Assembly: GCA_965223545.1 (NCBI GenBank)
Contig: OZ245006.1
Span: 1,696,001-1,760,000, forward strand
Source: Planctomycetota bacterium
Lineage (GTDB): Bacteria > Planctomycetota > UBA1135 > UBA2386
DNA length: 64,000 bases
Direction of reading: 5' to 3'
This document shows positions 32,882 through 43,139 of this stretch, piece after piece (within the stretch, counting starts at the first letter, position 1; each line of letters opens with the position of its first letter). Position numbers and translations under genes: made by a program. The notes beneath the pieces are model-generated. The model was not told the DNA's origin, ran no database searches, and saw only the letters and a list, made by a program, of their open reading frames with translations.

Positions 32882-33787
32882 ATGATGGCGCGCGTGGACG
32901 CAACCGGCTCGCCGCAGGCCGCGCTCGAGGAGTTCCTCGACTTCATCGCCGCCGAGCTCCAGCTGTCGCCGCACACGGTCGCCGCATACCGCCGCGACCT
33001 CGACCCATTGCTGGCGGACGCGCGCCGGCTGCCGGGCCGCCGCGCACTGGCGACCCACATCGGCGCGCTGCGCAAACGGCGCGCGCCCGCATCGGTGGTG
33101 CGCGCGATGGCCGCGATCCGCGGCTTCTACCGGTTCTTGCACGTCGAGGGTCGCATCGACGACGACCCCGCCGACGGGCTCCTCGGCGCCCGGCTCGAGC
33201 GCAGTCTGCCGCGGGCGCTCGGCCGCCGGACGGTCGAACGGCTGCTCGAGGCATTCGACGGCGACGACGGCGATCTCGCGCTGCGCAACCGCTGCCTGCT
33301 TTGGCTGATGTACGCCACCGGCGCCCGCGTCTCCGAGGTGATCGGACTGCGCACGGCGGACTGCGACTTCGAGCGCGCGCTCGCCCTGGTGCGCGGCAAG
33401 GGCCGCAAGGAGCGCCTGGTGCCGCTGTCTCCCCCCGCGACGGCCCTGCTCCGGGACTACCTGGACCGAGTCCGCCCACGCCTGGCGGCGAGGGCCCGGA
33501 CCGCGACCGGCGACGCCGTCTTCCTCTCGCGCACCGGCCGCCCCCTCGAACGCACCCGCGTCTACCAAGTCGTGCGCACCGCCGCCGACCGCTGCGGCGT
33601 CACCGTCGCCTGCTCCCCCCACACCCTGCGCCACTCGTTCGCCACCCATTTGGTCGCCGGCGGCGCCGACCTCCGCGTCGTGCAGGAGCTCCTCGGCCAC
33701 GCCACCCTGCAGACCACCCAGATCTACACCCACGTCGACCCCCAACGCCTCCGCCAAACCCACCGCAACCACCACCCGCGCGGGTAG
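32882..33787 (+). CDS. xerD: Tyrosine recombinase XerD/XerC
   Basis: LMYATGARVSE, GKGRKERLVP, HTLRHSFATH and LLGH...TTQIYTHV; XerD versus XerC not firmly resolved. Confidence 0.85.
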   Translation: MMARVDATGSPQAALEEFLDFIAAELQLSPHTVAAYRRDLDPLLADARRLPGRRALATHIGALRKRRAPASVVRAMAAIRGFYRFLHVEGRIDDDPADGLLGARLERSLPRALGRRTVERLLEAFDGDDGDLALRNRCLLWLMYATGARVSEVIGLRTADCDFERALALVRGKGRKERLVPLSPPATALLRDYLDRVRPRLAARARTATGDAVFLSRTGRPLERTRVYQVVRTAADRCGVTVACSPHTLRHSFATHLVAGGADLRVVQELLGHATLQTTQIYTHVDPQRLRQTHRNHHPRG

Positions 33788-34917
33788 TACGGAGTCTGAC
33801 TCGATTTTCTCGCTTCGCGCCGTCACCACCGCCCCGCCGCGGTGCACCCAATCCCGACAGGAGGACGATGGCACGACGCGCACGATCGGACTACCCCGGG
33901 GCATGGCATCACGTGATGAACCGCGCCATCGCGCGGCGCACCGCGTTCGCGGAACGCGCGGAAGCGCGCGCGTTCCTGGCGCTGTGCGCGCGCCAAGTGC
34001 GCGAGGGCAGGCTGGCGATCCACGCGTTCTGCGTGATGGCGACCCACTTCCACCTGCTCGTGCAGAGCCCGCGTGGCGAACTGTCGGAGGCAATGCGGCG
34101 AATCGAGAACTTCTACGTGCGCTGGTTCAATCGCCGGCGCCGCCGCGACGGCTCGCTGTTTCGCGGGCGCTTCGCGTCGAAGCTGGTCGAGTGCGATCGG
34201 TACCGGCACGTCCTGGTGCGCTACATCGACCACAACCCGGTCATCGCCAAGGTCGCGCGCAGTGCCGCAGAGCACCGGTTCGGCTCGGCGCACGCGTGGG
34301 TGCGCGGGCGCACACCACCGTGGCTGCGCACCGACTGGATCGGTGCGCAGCTCGCTCCCGACCTGAAGCGCGGAATCCCGGTCGCGCAAGCGTACGGCTG
34401 GGCGTTCGGCGAGCCGACGGAGTCCCAACGCGACTGGTTCGAGTCACACGGAAAACGCAGCTGCGGTCGATCGCTCGGCGCACTCGCCGACGGCTCGCGC
34501 GAGCGCGTGCGCGCCTGGATGGTGCGCAAGGCGGCGTTGGCCGACGGCACCGCGCCGGAAGCGCCGGTCGTCGGCGCCGCGTCGGTGCACGTCGTGCTGA
34601 CGGCGATGGCCAGTGGACTCGGCGCGATGCCGGTTGGGCGGCCAGCGGCACGCGTGCGGGCCGACGCGCTCATCGCCGCATTCTTGTTCCGTGACCTGTG
34701 TGGGATGTCGTGGCGCGAGGTCGCGCACCACGGTGGCAGCTCGATCGGCGCAGCGCACCGGCGCTACCAGATGCACCGGTCCGCCCTCCGGGAGAACGCG
34801 CGCTACGCCGCGGTCGCCGCGCGCGCCGCGCGGTGCGCGGCGCGCGACTTCGCGCGTTCGGCCGCGCCGCGCGGGCGCGCGCCGCGAAGCGAGAAAATCG
34901 AGCCGGACTCCGTACTA
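33785..34917. mobile_element. RAYT cassette bounded by 35-bp inverted repeats
   Basis: TAGTACGGAGTCTGACTCGATTTTCTCGCTTCGCG (33785-33819) versus the reverse complement of 34883-34917; 2 mismatches. Confidence 0.85.
33868..34917 (+). CDS. REP-associated tyrosine transposase (RAYT/TnpA-REP, Y1 HUH) with C-terminal HTH; no stop at the cassette end (frame open to 37095)
   Basis: AGGAGG RBS; HVMNR, HUH motif MATHFHLL, LFRGRF, catalytic Tyr RYIDHNPV; HTH-like LCGMSWREVA. Confidence 0.85.
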
Positions 34918-36741
34918 TCGGAGGGCTTGGTAGACGCGGTGGGCGACGGTGGCGGGAAGGCCCGGGACGGCGCGGAGCTGGGCCAGGGTGGCGGCGCGGA
35001 CCGCGGCGAGGGAGCCGAAGTGGCGCAGGAGGGCGCGGCGGCGGCCCGGGCCGATGCCGTCGATCGCATCGAGGGCGCTCGTCAGTCGGCCGCGCACTCG
35101 GCGGTGGTACTCGATCGCGAAGCGGTGGGCTTCGTCGCGAATGCGGGTGACGAGGAGAGTCTCGGCAGCGCCGTCGCGCAGGGTGATGCCGTCACGGCTG
35201 GCGGCGGGAAACAGGCGCTCGGCCGTGGCGCGGCGGGCGTCGCCGCGGCCGCGCAGCCGGCTCTTGGCGATGCCGACCGGCGCCAGCTCGTCGCCGATGC
35301 CGAGCTCGGCCAGCGCGCGCTGCGCGGCGGTCACTTGGCCGCGGCCGCCGTCGATCAGCAGCAGGTCCGGCAGCTCGTCGCGCTCGTCGGTCAGGCAACG
35401 CGCGACGCTGCGCCGCACCGCCTCGTCCATCGCGGCGAAGTCGTCGCCGGCGTTGTCGGCGCCGATGCGAAAGCGGCGATAGCCGCTCTTCTCCGGCGCG
35501 CCGTCGACGAAGCAAACGCGCGACGCGACCGTGCTGGTGCCCTGCATGGTGGAGACGTCGAGGCAGTGGACCCGCCGCGGCGGCTCGGGAAGCGACAGGC
35601 ACGCACCCAGCGCTTCGGTCTGCGCCCGGTGGCGAGCGGCGGCATCGGTCTGCGCCGCGTCGGTGAGGCGCGCGTTCTCCTGCGCCATCTCAAGATAGCG
35701 CCGCTTCTGGCCGCGCTGCGGCTGCCACAACGTGACCTTGGCGCCGCGCTTGCCCGACAGCCACTCCTCGAGCAGCGCGCCTTCGACGACATCGCCGGGC
35801 ACGGCGACCTCGCGCGGCACGTACTGATCGCCCTCGTAGAAGCGACCGACCAACTCGGCCAACAGCAGGCCATCGGGCAACTGCGAGCGAAACGAGAACC
35901 GCCGGCTGCTCTCCAGCAAGCCGTCCCGGAACGACAGGAACACGGCGCAGACGTCGTCGCCGGTGCGGTGCAAGCCGAGCGCGTCGAGATCGACCGAACC
36001 GCCGCTCACCACCGACTGCTTCTCGGCGGCGCGGCACAGCGCCTCGATCTGCACCTTGAGCGCCTGCGCGCGCTCGAACTCGAGCGCTGCGGCGGCGGTG
36101 TCCATCTGCGCGCGCAGACCGCGCAGCAGCGGCGCGACCTGCCCCTCGAGCACCTCCACTGCCTGATCCAGCAGGCGGTCGTACTCCGCGCGCTCGATCA
36201 ACCCGACGCACGGCGCCGGACAGCGACCGATCTGGTGCTTGAGGCAAGGGCGGCTGCGGTTGCGAAACACAGCGTCAGTGCAGTCGCGCAGTGGGATCAC
36301 CTTGTGCAGCAGCCGCAGGGTCTGGCGCACCGACTTGGCCGAGGCGTACGGCCCGAAGTAGAGCGCGCCATCGCGCCGCCGGCGCCGCACCCACCGGAAC
36401 CACGGCCACTCCTCGCCGCGGTCGAGCCGGAGCATCAAGAACGCCTTGTCGTCCTTCAGCCGCACGTTGAACGTCGGCTTGCGCTTCTTGATGATCGTGT
36501 TCTCGAGCAGCAGAGCCTCCTGCTCGGTATTGGTCGCGACGAACTCGACGTCGACGGCGCGGTCGACCAAGAACGGGATGCCGATGCGGCCGTCGCCGCC
36601 GGGGCGCAGGTAGGAGCGGACCCGCGTCCGCAGCGCCGCCGCCTTGCCGACGTAGAGCGCGTCGCCGCGCGCATCGGTGAAGATGTAGACCCCCGGCCCG
36701 TCGGGGAAGCGCGCCACCTTGTCGGCGATGCCCGGCCTCAC
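34915..36741 (-). CDS. uvrC: Excinuclease ABC subunit C
   Basis: GIY-YIG PGVYIF...YVGKA, LLLIDGGRGQ, IRDEAHRFA and HhH GIGPGRR. Confidence 0.97.
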   Translation of the reverse strand: MRPGIADKVARFPDGPGVYIFTDARGDALYVGKAAALRTRVRSYLRPGGDGRIGIPFLVDRAVDVEFVATNTEQEALLLENTIIKKRKPTFNVRLKDDKAFLMLRLDRGEEWPWFRWVRRRRRDGALYFGPYASAKSVRQTLRLLHKVIPLRDCTDAVFRNRSRPCLKHQIGRCPAPCVGLIERAEYDRLLDQAVEVLEGQVAPLLRGLRAQMDTAAAALEFERAQALKVQIEALCRAAEKQSVVSGGSVDLDALGLHRTGDDVCAVFLSFRDGLLESSRRFSFRSQLPDGLLLAELVGRFYEGDQYVPREVAVPGDVVEGALLEEWLSGKRGAKVTLWQPQRGQKRRYLEMAQENARLTDAAQTDAAARHRAQTEALGACLSLPEPPRRVHCLDVSTMQGTSTVASRVCFVDGAPEKSGYRRFRIGADNAGDDFAAMDEAVRRSVARCLTDERDELPDLLLIDGGRGQVTAAQRALAELGIGDELAPVGIAKSRLRGRGDARRATAERLFPAASRDGITLRDGAAETLLVTRIRDEAHRFAIEYHRRVRGRLTSALDAIDGIGPGRRRALLRHFGSLAAVRAATLAQLRAVPGLPATVAHRVYQALR

Positions 36742-38837
36742 GTCGGGATCTCGAGCTCGAGCTGCTCGAGCCGGAACACCTCATCGCGCAGCTGCGCAGC
36801 GCGTTCGAAGTCGAGGTCGACGGCGGCGGCGAACATCTGCTCGCGCAGCTGGCGAACGTGGTCTGCCAGCTGGCGACGGTCGGCGAACCGCACCGGACCG
36901 CCCTCACCCACCGCCGCCGGCGCGGGCGCCGGCGCGCCGCGGCTCCGCGCCTTGCCCTTCCCCTTGTCCGTTCCTTTGCCCCTGCCGCGGCCGCGCGCCG
37001 CCGGCGCCGACTCGTCGGCATCGACCTCGATGTCGAGCAGCTCGCGGATCTCCTTTTTCACCGACTGCGGCGTGATCCCATGCTCGGCGTTGTAGGCCAG
37101 CTGCCGCTCGCGGCGCCGGTCCATCTCCAAGAGCGCCCCCTCGATCGAGTCCGTCCGCTTGTCCGCGTACAGCACGACCCGCCCATCGACGTTGCGCGCC
37201 GCCCGCCCACAGGTCTGGATCAGCGAGGTCTTGCTGCGCAGATAGCCCTCCTTGTCGGCATCCAAGACCGCCACCAACGCCACCTCGGGGATGTCGAGCC
37301 CCTCGCGCAGCAAGTTGATGCCGACCAGGCAATCGAACACGCCCTTGCGCAGGTCACGGATCAAGGCCGCCCGCTCGAGGCTGTCGATATCGGAGTGCAG
37401 GTAGCGGACGCGGATGCCGATGTCGCGGAAGTAGTCGGTCAACTCCTCGGCGCTGCGCTTGGTCAGCGTGGTCACCAGCGACCGATAGCCGCGCTCCGCG
37501 CACGCGCGCACCTCGCCGACCACGTCGTCCACCTGCCCGCGCGCCGGGCGCACATCGACCAGCGGGTCGATCAGCCCGGTCGGCCGCACCACCAGCTCGA
37601 CGACGTGCGCGCCGCTCTGCTCGAGCTCGTAGCCGCCCGGCGTCGCCGACACGAACAGCACCTGGTTCTGCAAGGTGACCAGCTCGTCGAAGGTCAGCGG
37701 CCGGTTGTCGAGTGCCGACGGCAGCCGGAAGCCGTACTTGGTCAGCGTCTCCTTGCGGCTTCGATCACCGCGGTACATGCCGCCGGCCTGCGGCACCGAG
37801 ACGTGGCTCTCGTCGATGACCATCAGGAAGTCATCGGGGAAGTAATGCAGCAACGTCGCCGGCGGCTGTCCGGGCGCGCGCCCGTCGAGGTGCCGCGAGT
37901 AGTTCTCGATGCCGTTGCACACACCGGTGGCGCGCAGCATCTCGAGATCGTGCAGGGTGCGCTGCTCCAGCCGCTGCGCCTCGAGCAGCCGGTTCCTCTC
38001 CTTCAACGCGGGCAGCTCGGCTTCGAGCTCTTCTTCGATCGACTGGCACGCGGCCATCAGCCGCGCCGCCGGCGTCACGTAGTGGCTGGTCGGGTAGATC
38101 GTCACCTGCTCGAGCTCTTCGACGATCTCGCCGCGCAGCGGATCGACCACCCAGATCTCCTCGACGTCGTCGCCGAACAGCTCGACGCGGATCGCGCGGT
38201 CCTCTTCGTAGGCGGGAAAGATCTCCACCACGTCGCCGCGCACGCGGAAGCGCCCCGGCATGAACTCGTAGTTGTCACGCCGGTACTGGATCGTCGCCAG
38301 CGCACGCAGCAACGCGTCGCGCTCCCATTGCCCGCCCTTGACCAGCGGCACCGAGAGCTCGCGGTAGTTGTCCGGCGACCCCAGCCCGTAGATGCAGGAG
38401 ATCGACGCGACGATCAACACGTCGCGCCGCTCCATCAGCGAGCGCGTCGCCGAGTTGCGCATGCGCTCGATCTGCTGGTTGATCGACGCGTCCTTCTCGA
38501 TGTAGGTGTCCGAGTTGGGGACGTAGGCCTCGGGCTGGTAGTAGTCGTAGTAGCTGACGAAGTACTCGATCGCGTTGTCTGGGAAGAACGCGCGAAACTC
38601 GCTGTACAGCTGCGCCGCCAACGTCTTGTTCGGCGCGAGGACGAGCGTCGGGCGCTGCACCTCCTCGACGATCCGGGCGACGGTGAAGGTCTTGCCCGAC
38701 CCGGTCACCCCCAGCACGGTGGCGTGGGTGACGCCATCGCCCAGCCAGCCGCACACCGCCTCGATCGCGGCCGGCTGGTCGCCGGCAGGCGCGAAGTCGG
38801 TGTGCATGCGGAACGGAACCGGCGGCGTCATCGACAT
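36738..38837 (-). CDS. uvrB: Excinuclease ABC subunit B
   Basis: GVTGSGKTFT, YFVSYYDYYQPEAY, DESH and GINLLREGLD motifs; C-terminal UVR domain. Confidence 0.98.
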   Translation of the reverse strand: MSMTPPVPFRMHTDFAPAGDQPAAIEAVCGWLGDGVTHATVLGVTGSGKTFTVARIVEEVQRPTLVLAPNKTLAAQLYSEFRAFFPDNAIEYFVSYYDYYQPEAYVPNSDTYIEKDASINQQIERMRNSATRSLMERRDVLIVASISCIYGLGSPDNYRELSVPLVKGGQWERDALLRALATIQYRRDNYEFMPGRFRVRGDVVEIFPAYEEDRAIRVELFGDDVEEIWVVDPLRGEIVEELEQVTIYPTSHYVTPAARLMAACQSIEEELEAELPALKERNRLLEAQRLEQRTLHDLEMLRATGVCNGIENYSRHLDGRAPGQPPATLLHYFPDDFLMVIDESHVSVPQAGGMYRGDRSRKETLTKYGFRLPSALDNRPLTFDELVTLQNQVLFVSATPGGYELEQSGAHVVELVVRPTGLIDPLVDVRPARGQVDDVVGEVRACAERGYRSLVTTLTKRSAEELTDYFRDIGIRVRYLHSDIDSLERAALIRDLRKGVFDCLVGINLLREGLDIPEVALVAVLDADKEGYLRSKTSLIQTCGRAARNVDGRVVLYADKRTDSIEGALLEMDRRRERQLAYNAEHGITPQSVKKEIRELLDIEVDADESAPAARGRGRGKGTDKGKGKARSRGAPAPAPAAVGEGGPVRFADRRQLADHVRQLREQMFAAAVDLDFERAAQLRDEVFRLEQLELEIPT

Positions 38838-38957
38838 TCTCCGGCCCACCGTGCGCCCCAGTTCGAACCGGCGCCAACGCGCGGCCGTTGACACTCGATA
38901 CGGCGCACCGGTACCGTGTGCTCGCCCCTTTTCGCACCCGTTCGGGAGGCTCTCTTC

Positions 38958-40400
38958 GTGACCCGTCGCCCCACGTCCTCATCCCGGCGCCGCTCGGCCT
39001 CCGCCAAGAACGCGCGGACAGACAGCGGCCGCAAGCCGACGCGCGGCGCGGCGAGCAATCGCGCCGCCCAGCGGGAGGCCGCCACTTCGGGCGCGGTCAC
39101 CGTCGGCTGCCCGCAGTGTGGCCAGCAGTACCGGGTGCCGGCCGCGCAGCTCGACCAGAAGCTGAAGTGCAACAACTGCCAGCGCAGCTTCTTCCCCAAG
39201 GCGGCCGCCGGCCGCCGGCGCAGCGGGCGCAACCAGAGCACACCGTTCATCGTCGGCGGCGTCGTGCTAGTGGCCGTGGTCGGCATCTTCATCGTGATTG
39301 CCAATCTACCGCCATCGCAAGTGGCGATGGCGAAGATGCCCGAGGTCGTACAGAAGGTGAACATCGGCTTCCAGAGTCCGCGCGTGCAGGACGTGGCACG
39401 CTGGGCCGACGCGGTGCACAGCGGCGACGCGCTGCAGCTGACGCGGGTGTCCGACACCGATGCCCTGCAGACCGCGCTCGGGCTGTCGGGGCGCCCGATC
39501 TCGGAGCTCACCGGGGAGGAGGCTTCCACCGCCAAAGCGGCGTTCCTGGAAGCGCTCACCACCAGCGAGCAGACCCGCGTGTTCCGCGACTTCCAGACGA
39601 CCGACGGCCGGCTCGAGACCGAGGCGATGGCGAGCAGCGAGACCGGCGCCGCGGTGTTGGAGCTGCTGCCGCGCGACGGATCGGACCTCGACAAGTACAT
39701 CCGCGCCGAGAACAAGCGACACGAGGTCTTCAGCGCCACGGTCCGCGTGAGCTTTCGCGTCGAGGACGACGTCGCCCGGGTCACCGGCTTCGAGGTCGTC
39801 GACATTCCTCCGTCCCCCAAGCCGAAGAAGCCGCGCTTCGTGCCGCACGCCGAGATCGAGAAGCCGGTCGAGGTCGAGCGCGTCATCGACGGCGAGAAGC
39901 AGACGGTCGTGGAGACGGAGCTGATTCCGCTCGGCCACCTCGAGGACACCCCAGAGGACGTGCGGCGCGCGATCGACGCCGAGATCGACCGGCTGCGCGA
40001 CCTCGACGCCCCTGGCCGCTTTGCCAATCAGGCGATCGACGCGCTGCGCGAGATCGGCCGCCCAGCGGTGCCCCGCTTGCTCAACCAGATGTTCGAGATG
40101 CACCAAGGCGGCATGCGGGGTGACGACAAGCTGCGCTTGCGGCGCATGATCCAAGCGCTGACCGCGATGTCCGGGATGCGGTTCAGCTTCAACGTCGCCG
40201 ACAACCAGAAGCTCACCGCGGACGGCAACGCCGAACAGCGCGAGTCCGCACTCAAGCAGTGGTATGCTTGGTGGTACCGGGTCCACGCCGGCGACTTCAC
40301 CAACGCCATCGACAAAGAAGACGACGAGGACCTTTTCCTCACCGACGAGGAGAAGCGCGCACGCGCCGAGGCACGCAAGGCAGCGGGCGGCGGCTCGTAG
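38958..40400 (+). CDS. Zinc-ribbon (CxxC...CxxC) single-TM protein with HEAT-like C-terminus
   Basis: GGAGG RBS plus GTG; CPQC...CNNC; TM FIVGGVVLVAVVGIFIVIA. Confidence 0.75.
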   Translation: MTRRPTSSSRRRSASAKNARTDSGRKPTRGAASNRAAQREAATSGAVTVGCPQCGQQYRVPAAQLDQKLKCNNCQRSFFPKAAAGRRRSGRNQSTPFIVGGVVLVAVVGIFIVIANLPPSQVAMAKMPEVVQKVNIGFQSPRVQDVARWADAVHSGDALQLTRVSDTDALQTALGLSGRPISELTGEEASTAKAAFLEALTTSEQTRVFRDFQTTDGRLETEAMASSETGAAVLELLPRDGSDLDKYIRAENKRHEVFSATVRVSFRVEDDVARVTGFEVVDIPPSPKPKKPRFVPHAEIEKPVEVERVIDGEKQTVVETELIPLGHLEDTPEDVRRAIDAEIDRLRDLDAPGRFANQAIDALREIGRPAVPRLLNQMFEMHQGGMRGDDKLRLRRMIQALTAMSGMRFSFNVADNQKLTADGNAEQRESALKQWYAWWYRVHAGDFTNAIDKEDDEDLFLTDEEKRARAEARKAAGGGS

Positions 40401-40475
40401 CGCCGCCGGCACGCCCGGACGGGCCGTCGTCGACTCACCGAAATCTCCAACGACCCTCTCGATCGCAACGAACCC

Positions 40476-41603
40476 ATGTCCCTCAAGCCCATCGTCTGCG
40501 GAAACTGTGGCGCCCAATACCGGCTGCCGGAGTCGTTCTCCGCTCCCCAAGCCAAGTGCAAGAAGTGCGGCGGCACGATCGACGTCGCCGCGCAGCGCAA
40601 CGCACCGGCCGCCGAGGCCAAGCCGGCCTCACGCAGCTCCAGCAAGCCGGCCAGCTCTCGACGCAGCGGCGGCTCGAGCAGCAGCCGGCGCAGCGGCGGC
40701 AGCAAGACCGAACGGAAGACCGAACGCAAGACCGAACGGCCGAGCCGCTCCAGCTCCGGCAGCCGAAGCCGGCGCGGCGGATCCGAGGGGGGCAGCGGGC
40801 GCCGGGAGCGGCGCGAGAAGGAGTCGTCGGGCGGTAAGCTGCTGGTCGGCGGCATCATCGGCGTCCTCGCCGTGGTCGCGGTGGTGCTCGTCATGGTGCT
40901 GACCGGCGGCGACGATGCCGCCAACGGCGAGCAGGTGGCGAACGCCGAGGGCGCGACCCCGGCTGCCGAGGCGAGTGCGGACGGCACCGAGGGCACGCCG
41001 ACCGAGGCTGCCGCGAGCGAGAGCGGTACGCCCGCGGAAGCGGCCGCCGAAGGCGATGAGACGGCGCCGGAAAGCGACCCCGACGCCGAAGCCAAGCCGG
41101 AGGAAGACGCGAGCGAGGAGCCCGCGGCGAAGCCGAAGCCCAAGCCGGCCGAGATCACGTCTCCCGACCAGATCTTCAAGCCCGCCGACGAGCTCGAGCC
41201 CGTGCCGTGGCCGGAGTCCGTCGATGCCGAGCAGCAGGCCGAGATCACCGAGCTGTTGCAGGACGTCCGCGACGGCGGATTGGCCGGCAACCGCGCCAAG
41301 ACCAAGCTAGAAGGAATGGTGCCGGCTGCGATCACCGGCGTCGTCAACCAGCTGCGCGAGCTGAACTATCTCGACAGCGACGACGACATGTTCGCCTACG
41401 AACTCAACAAGATGCTGGGAAGCATGACGTTCGGCAAGAACGCGGGCTTCCGCGTGCACGGCTACGGCGACGAGATTCCGCTCGTCGACGCCGACTGGAA
41501 CGGCAAGACCGTGCGCATTTGGCAGTCCGTGGCGCGAAAGTACGGCACGCCGGACGGCTACGAAGAGCTCAAGAAGCAGGCCAAGTCGAGGCTCGAGAAA
41601 TAG
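40476..41603 (+). CDS. Zinc-ribbon single-TM protein with low-complexity linkers
   Basis: CGNC...CKKC; Ser/Arg-rich cytoplasmic linker; TM; acidic linker. Confidence 0.75.
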   Translation: MSLKPIVCGNCGAQYRLPESFSAPQAKCKKCGGTIDVAAQRNAPAAEAKPASRSSSKPASSRRSGGSSSSRRSGGSKTERKTERKTERPSRSSSGSRSRRGGSEGGSGRRERREKESSGGKLLVGGIIGVLAVVAVVLVMVLTGGDDAANGEQVANAEGATPAAEASADGTEGTPTEAAASESGTPAEAAAEGDETAPESDPDAEAKPEEDASEEPAAKPKPKPAEITSPDQIFKPADELEPVPWPESVDAEQQAEITELLQDVRDGGLAGNRAKTKLEGMVPAAITGVVNQLRELNYLDSDDDMFAYELNKMLGSMTFGKNAGFRVHGYGDEIPLVDADWNGKTVRIWQSVARKYGTPDGYEELKKQAKSRLEK

Positions 41604-41737
41604 TCCCTGAAGCCACGAGCCTCCACGGCCGAACGAAAACAACAGCCCCCACCCGGGACAAACCTCCGACATCCACAAATCTTGCCCGCCGGGGCCGTAG
41701 TCCTCGGTAGGCGGGCGCGTTCCGCCGGAACGATCTC

Positions 41738-43078
41738 ATGACCCCTCGAGACCCCTCGCCCATCGATTGGGAAGCCTTCTACCACGGCTACCGCAAGCCG
41801 GGTTACGTGCCGGGGTTCGAGATCCTGCACAAGATCGGCGGCGGGGCGTTCGGCATCGTCTTCCGCGCGCGCAAGGAGTCGATCGGCAAGGACTACGCGA
41901 TCAAGTTCTTCAAGGTCGACGACGAGACCGTGCGCGACACGTTCCTGCGCGAGCTCGGCAGCGTGCGCCACTTCGCCCAGCTCGACCACCCCAACCTGGT
42001 GTCGATCGAGGATCAGGGCGAGGTCGACGGCATCCCGTACATCGTGATGGGTTACGCCGGCGACCGCACTCTGCGCACTCTGCTGGAGGACGGCAGCCTG
42101 ACCCGCACTCAGGCCCTGTCGATCTTCGGTCAGGTGGCGCGCGGCGTCGCCGCGCTGCACGACCACTCGATCGTGCACTTCGACCTGAAACCGTCGAACA
42201 TCTTTCTCAACGGCGACCTGGTCCGCGTCGGCGACTACGGGTTGGCCCGGCTGGTGACGCAGTCGCGCAACTCACTGACCTTCGGACGCGGTACACCGTA
42301 TTACATGGCGCCCGAGGTGCTGCACCGGCGGGGCGACCAGCGCAGCGACATCTACTCGCTCGGCGTTTTGCTCTACGAGTGCCTGGCGGGAGATGTGCCG
42401 TTCCACGGTGACTCCGAGTGGGAGGTGCTGCGCAAGCACGAGACCGAGCAGCCGGAGATCCCGCGCCGGCTGGCGGCCAACGAGCGCGCGGTGATCGACC
42501 GCTGCCTGCAGAAGGATCCCGCCGACCGCTTCGAGTCGGTCGACGAGCTGATCGAAGCCCTGGAGCCAGCGCCCACCGCACCGGTGACCCCACCCACGGC
42601 GCACGCCATCGGCGTGGCCAAGACCAACCGCGCCCCGATGCTGGCCGCCGCGGCCGTGCTGCTGGTGTTGGTCGGCGCCGTCGCGTCCCTGTTCACGGTG
42701 CGCGACCGGTACCCGGCGCCGCGGCCGTCGATGAGCGTCCACGCGATGTCCACCACGCGCGATCCGGTCCGCGGCCTGCGCGAAACCCGCTTGGCGATGC
42801 AACGCGCGCGCGCCGAGCAGACTTGGGAGCAACGCCTGACCAAGCTCGCCACCCGCGAGCTCGGCCGGCTGGCGCGCGCCGCCGCCGACGCCCACGTATC
42901 ACCCGGCCTGCGGCGCGCGCTGGAACAGGCGGGTAAGTCGCTGCGCCGCGACCTCGAGCGCGGCAACGTCCGCGGCCTCGCGACGACGCTCGACCGCATC
43001 GGCCAGCTGCTCGAGGGCCTGCTCCGCGATCTCGACCGCCGCATCTGCCAGACGTGGCCCGAAGACGAGTGCCGCTGA
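41738..43078 (+). CDS. Hanks-type Ser/Thr protein kinase with TM helix
   Basis: IGGGAFG, YAIK, HFDLKPSN, DYG, GTPYYMAPE and SDIYSLG motifs. Confidence 0.95.
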   Translation: MTPRDPSPIDWEAFYHGYRKPGYVPGFEILHKIGGGAFGIVFRARKESIGKDYAIKFFKVDDETVRDTFLRELGSVRHFAQLDHPNLVSIEDQGEVDGIPYIVMGYAGDRTLRTLLEDGSLTRTQALSIFGQVARGVAALHDHSIVHFDLKPSNIFLNGDLVRVGDYGLARLVTQSRNSLTFGRGTPYYMAPEVLHRRGDQRSDIYSLGVLLYECLAGDVPFHGDSEWEVLRKHETEQPEIPRRLAANERAVIDRCLQKDPADRFESVDELIEALEPAPTAPVTPPTAHAIGVAKTNRAPMLAAAAVLLVLVGAVASLFTVRDRYPAPRPSMSVHAMSTTRDPVRGLRETRLAMQRARAEQTWEQRLTKLATRELGRLARAAADAHVSPGLRRALEQAGKSLRRDLERGNVRGLATTLDRIGQLLEGLLRDLDRRICQTWPEDECR

Positions 43079-43090
43079 CGCCGCCGGCGC

Positions 43091-43115
43091 TGGATCGCGC
43101 CTTCGGCGCGATCCA
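43091..43115. terminator. Hairpin between convergent genes (possible bidirectional terminator)
   Basis: TGGATCGCGCC-TTC-GGCGCGATCCA 11-bp stem; no clear U-tract. Confidence 0.5.
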
Positions 43116-43139
43116 ACCGTCGCTGCCCTGACCGGCGAC

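Noticed and set aside
32882..33787. Tyrosine recombinase as an integron integrase or phage integrase
   Set aside because: Length and motifs fit housekeeping XerD/XerC; no IntI-specific insertion or cassette array
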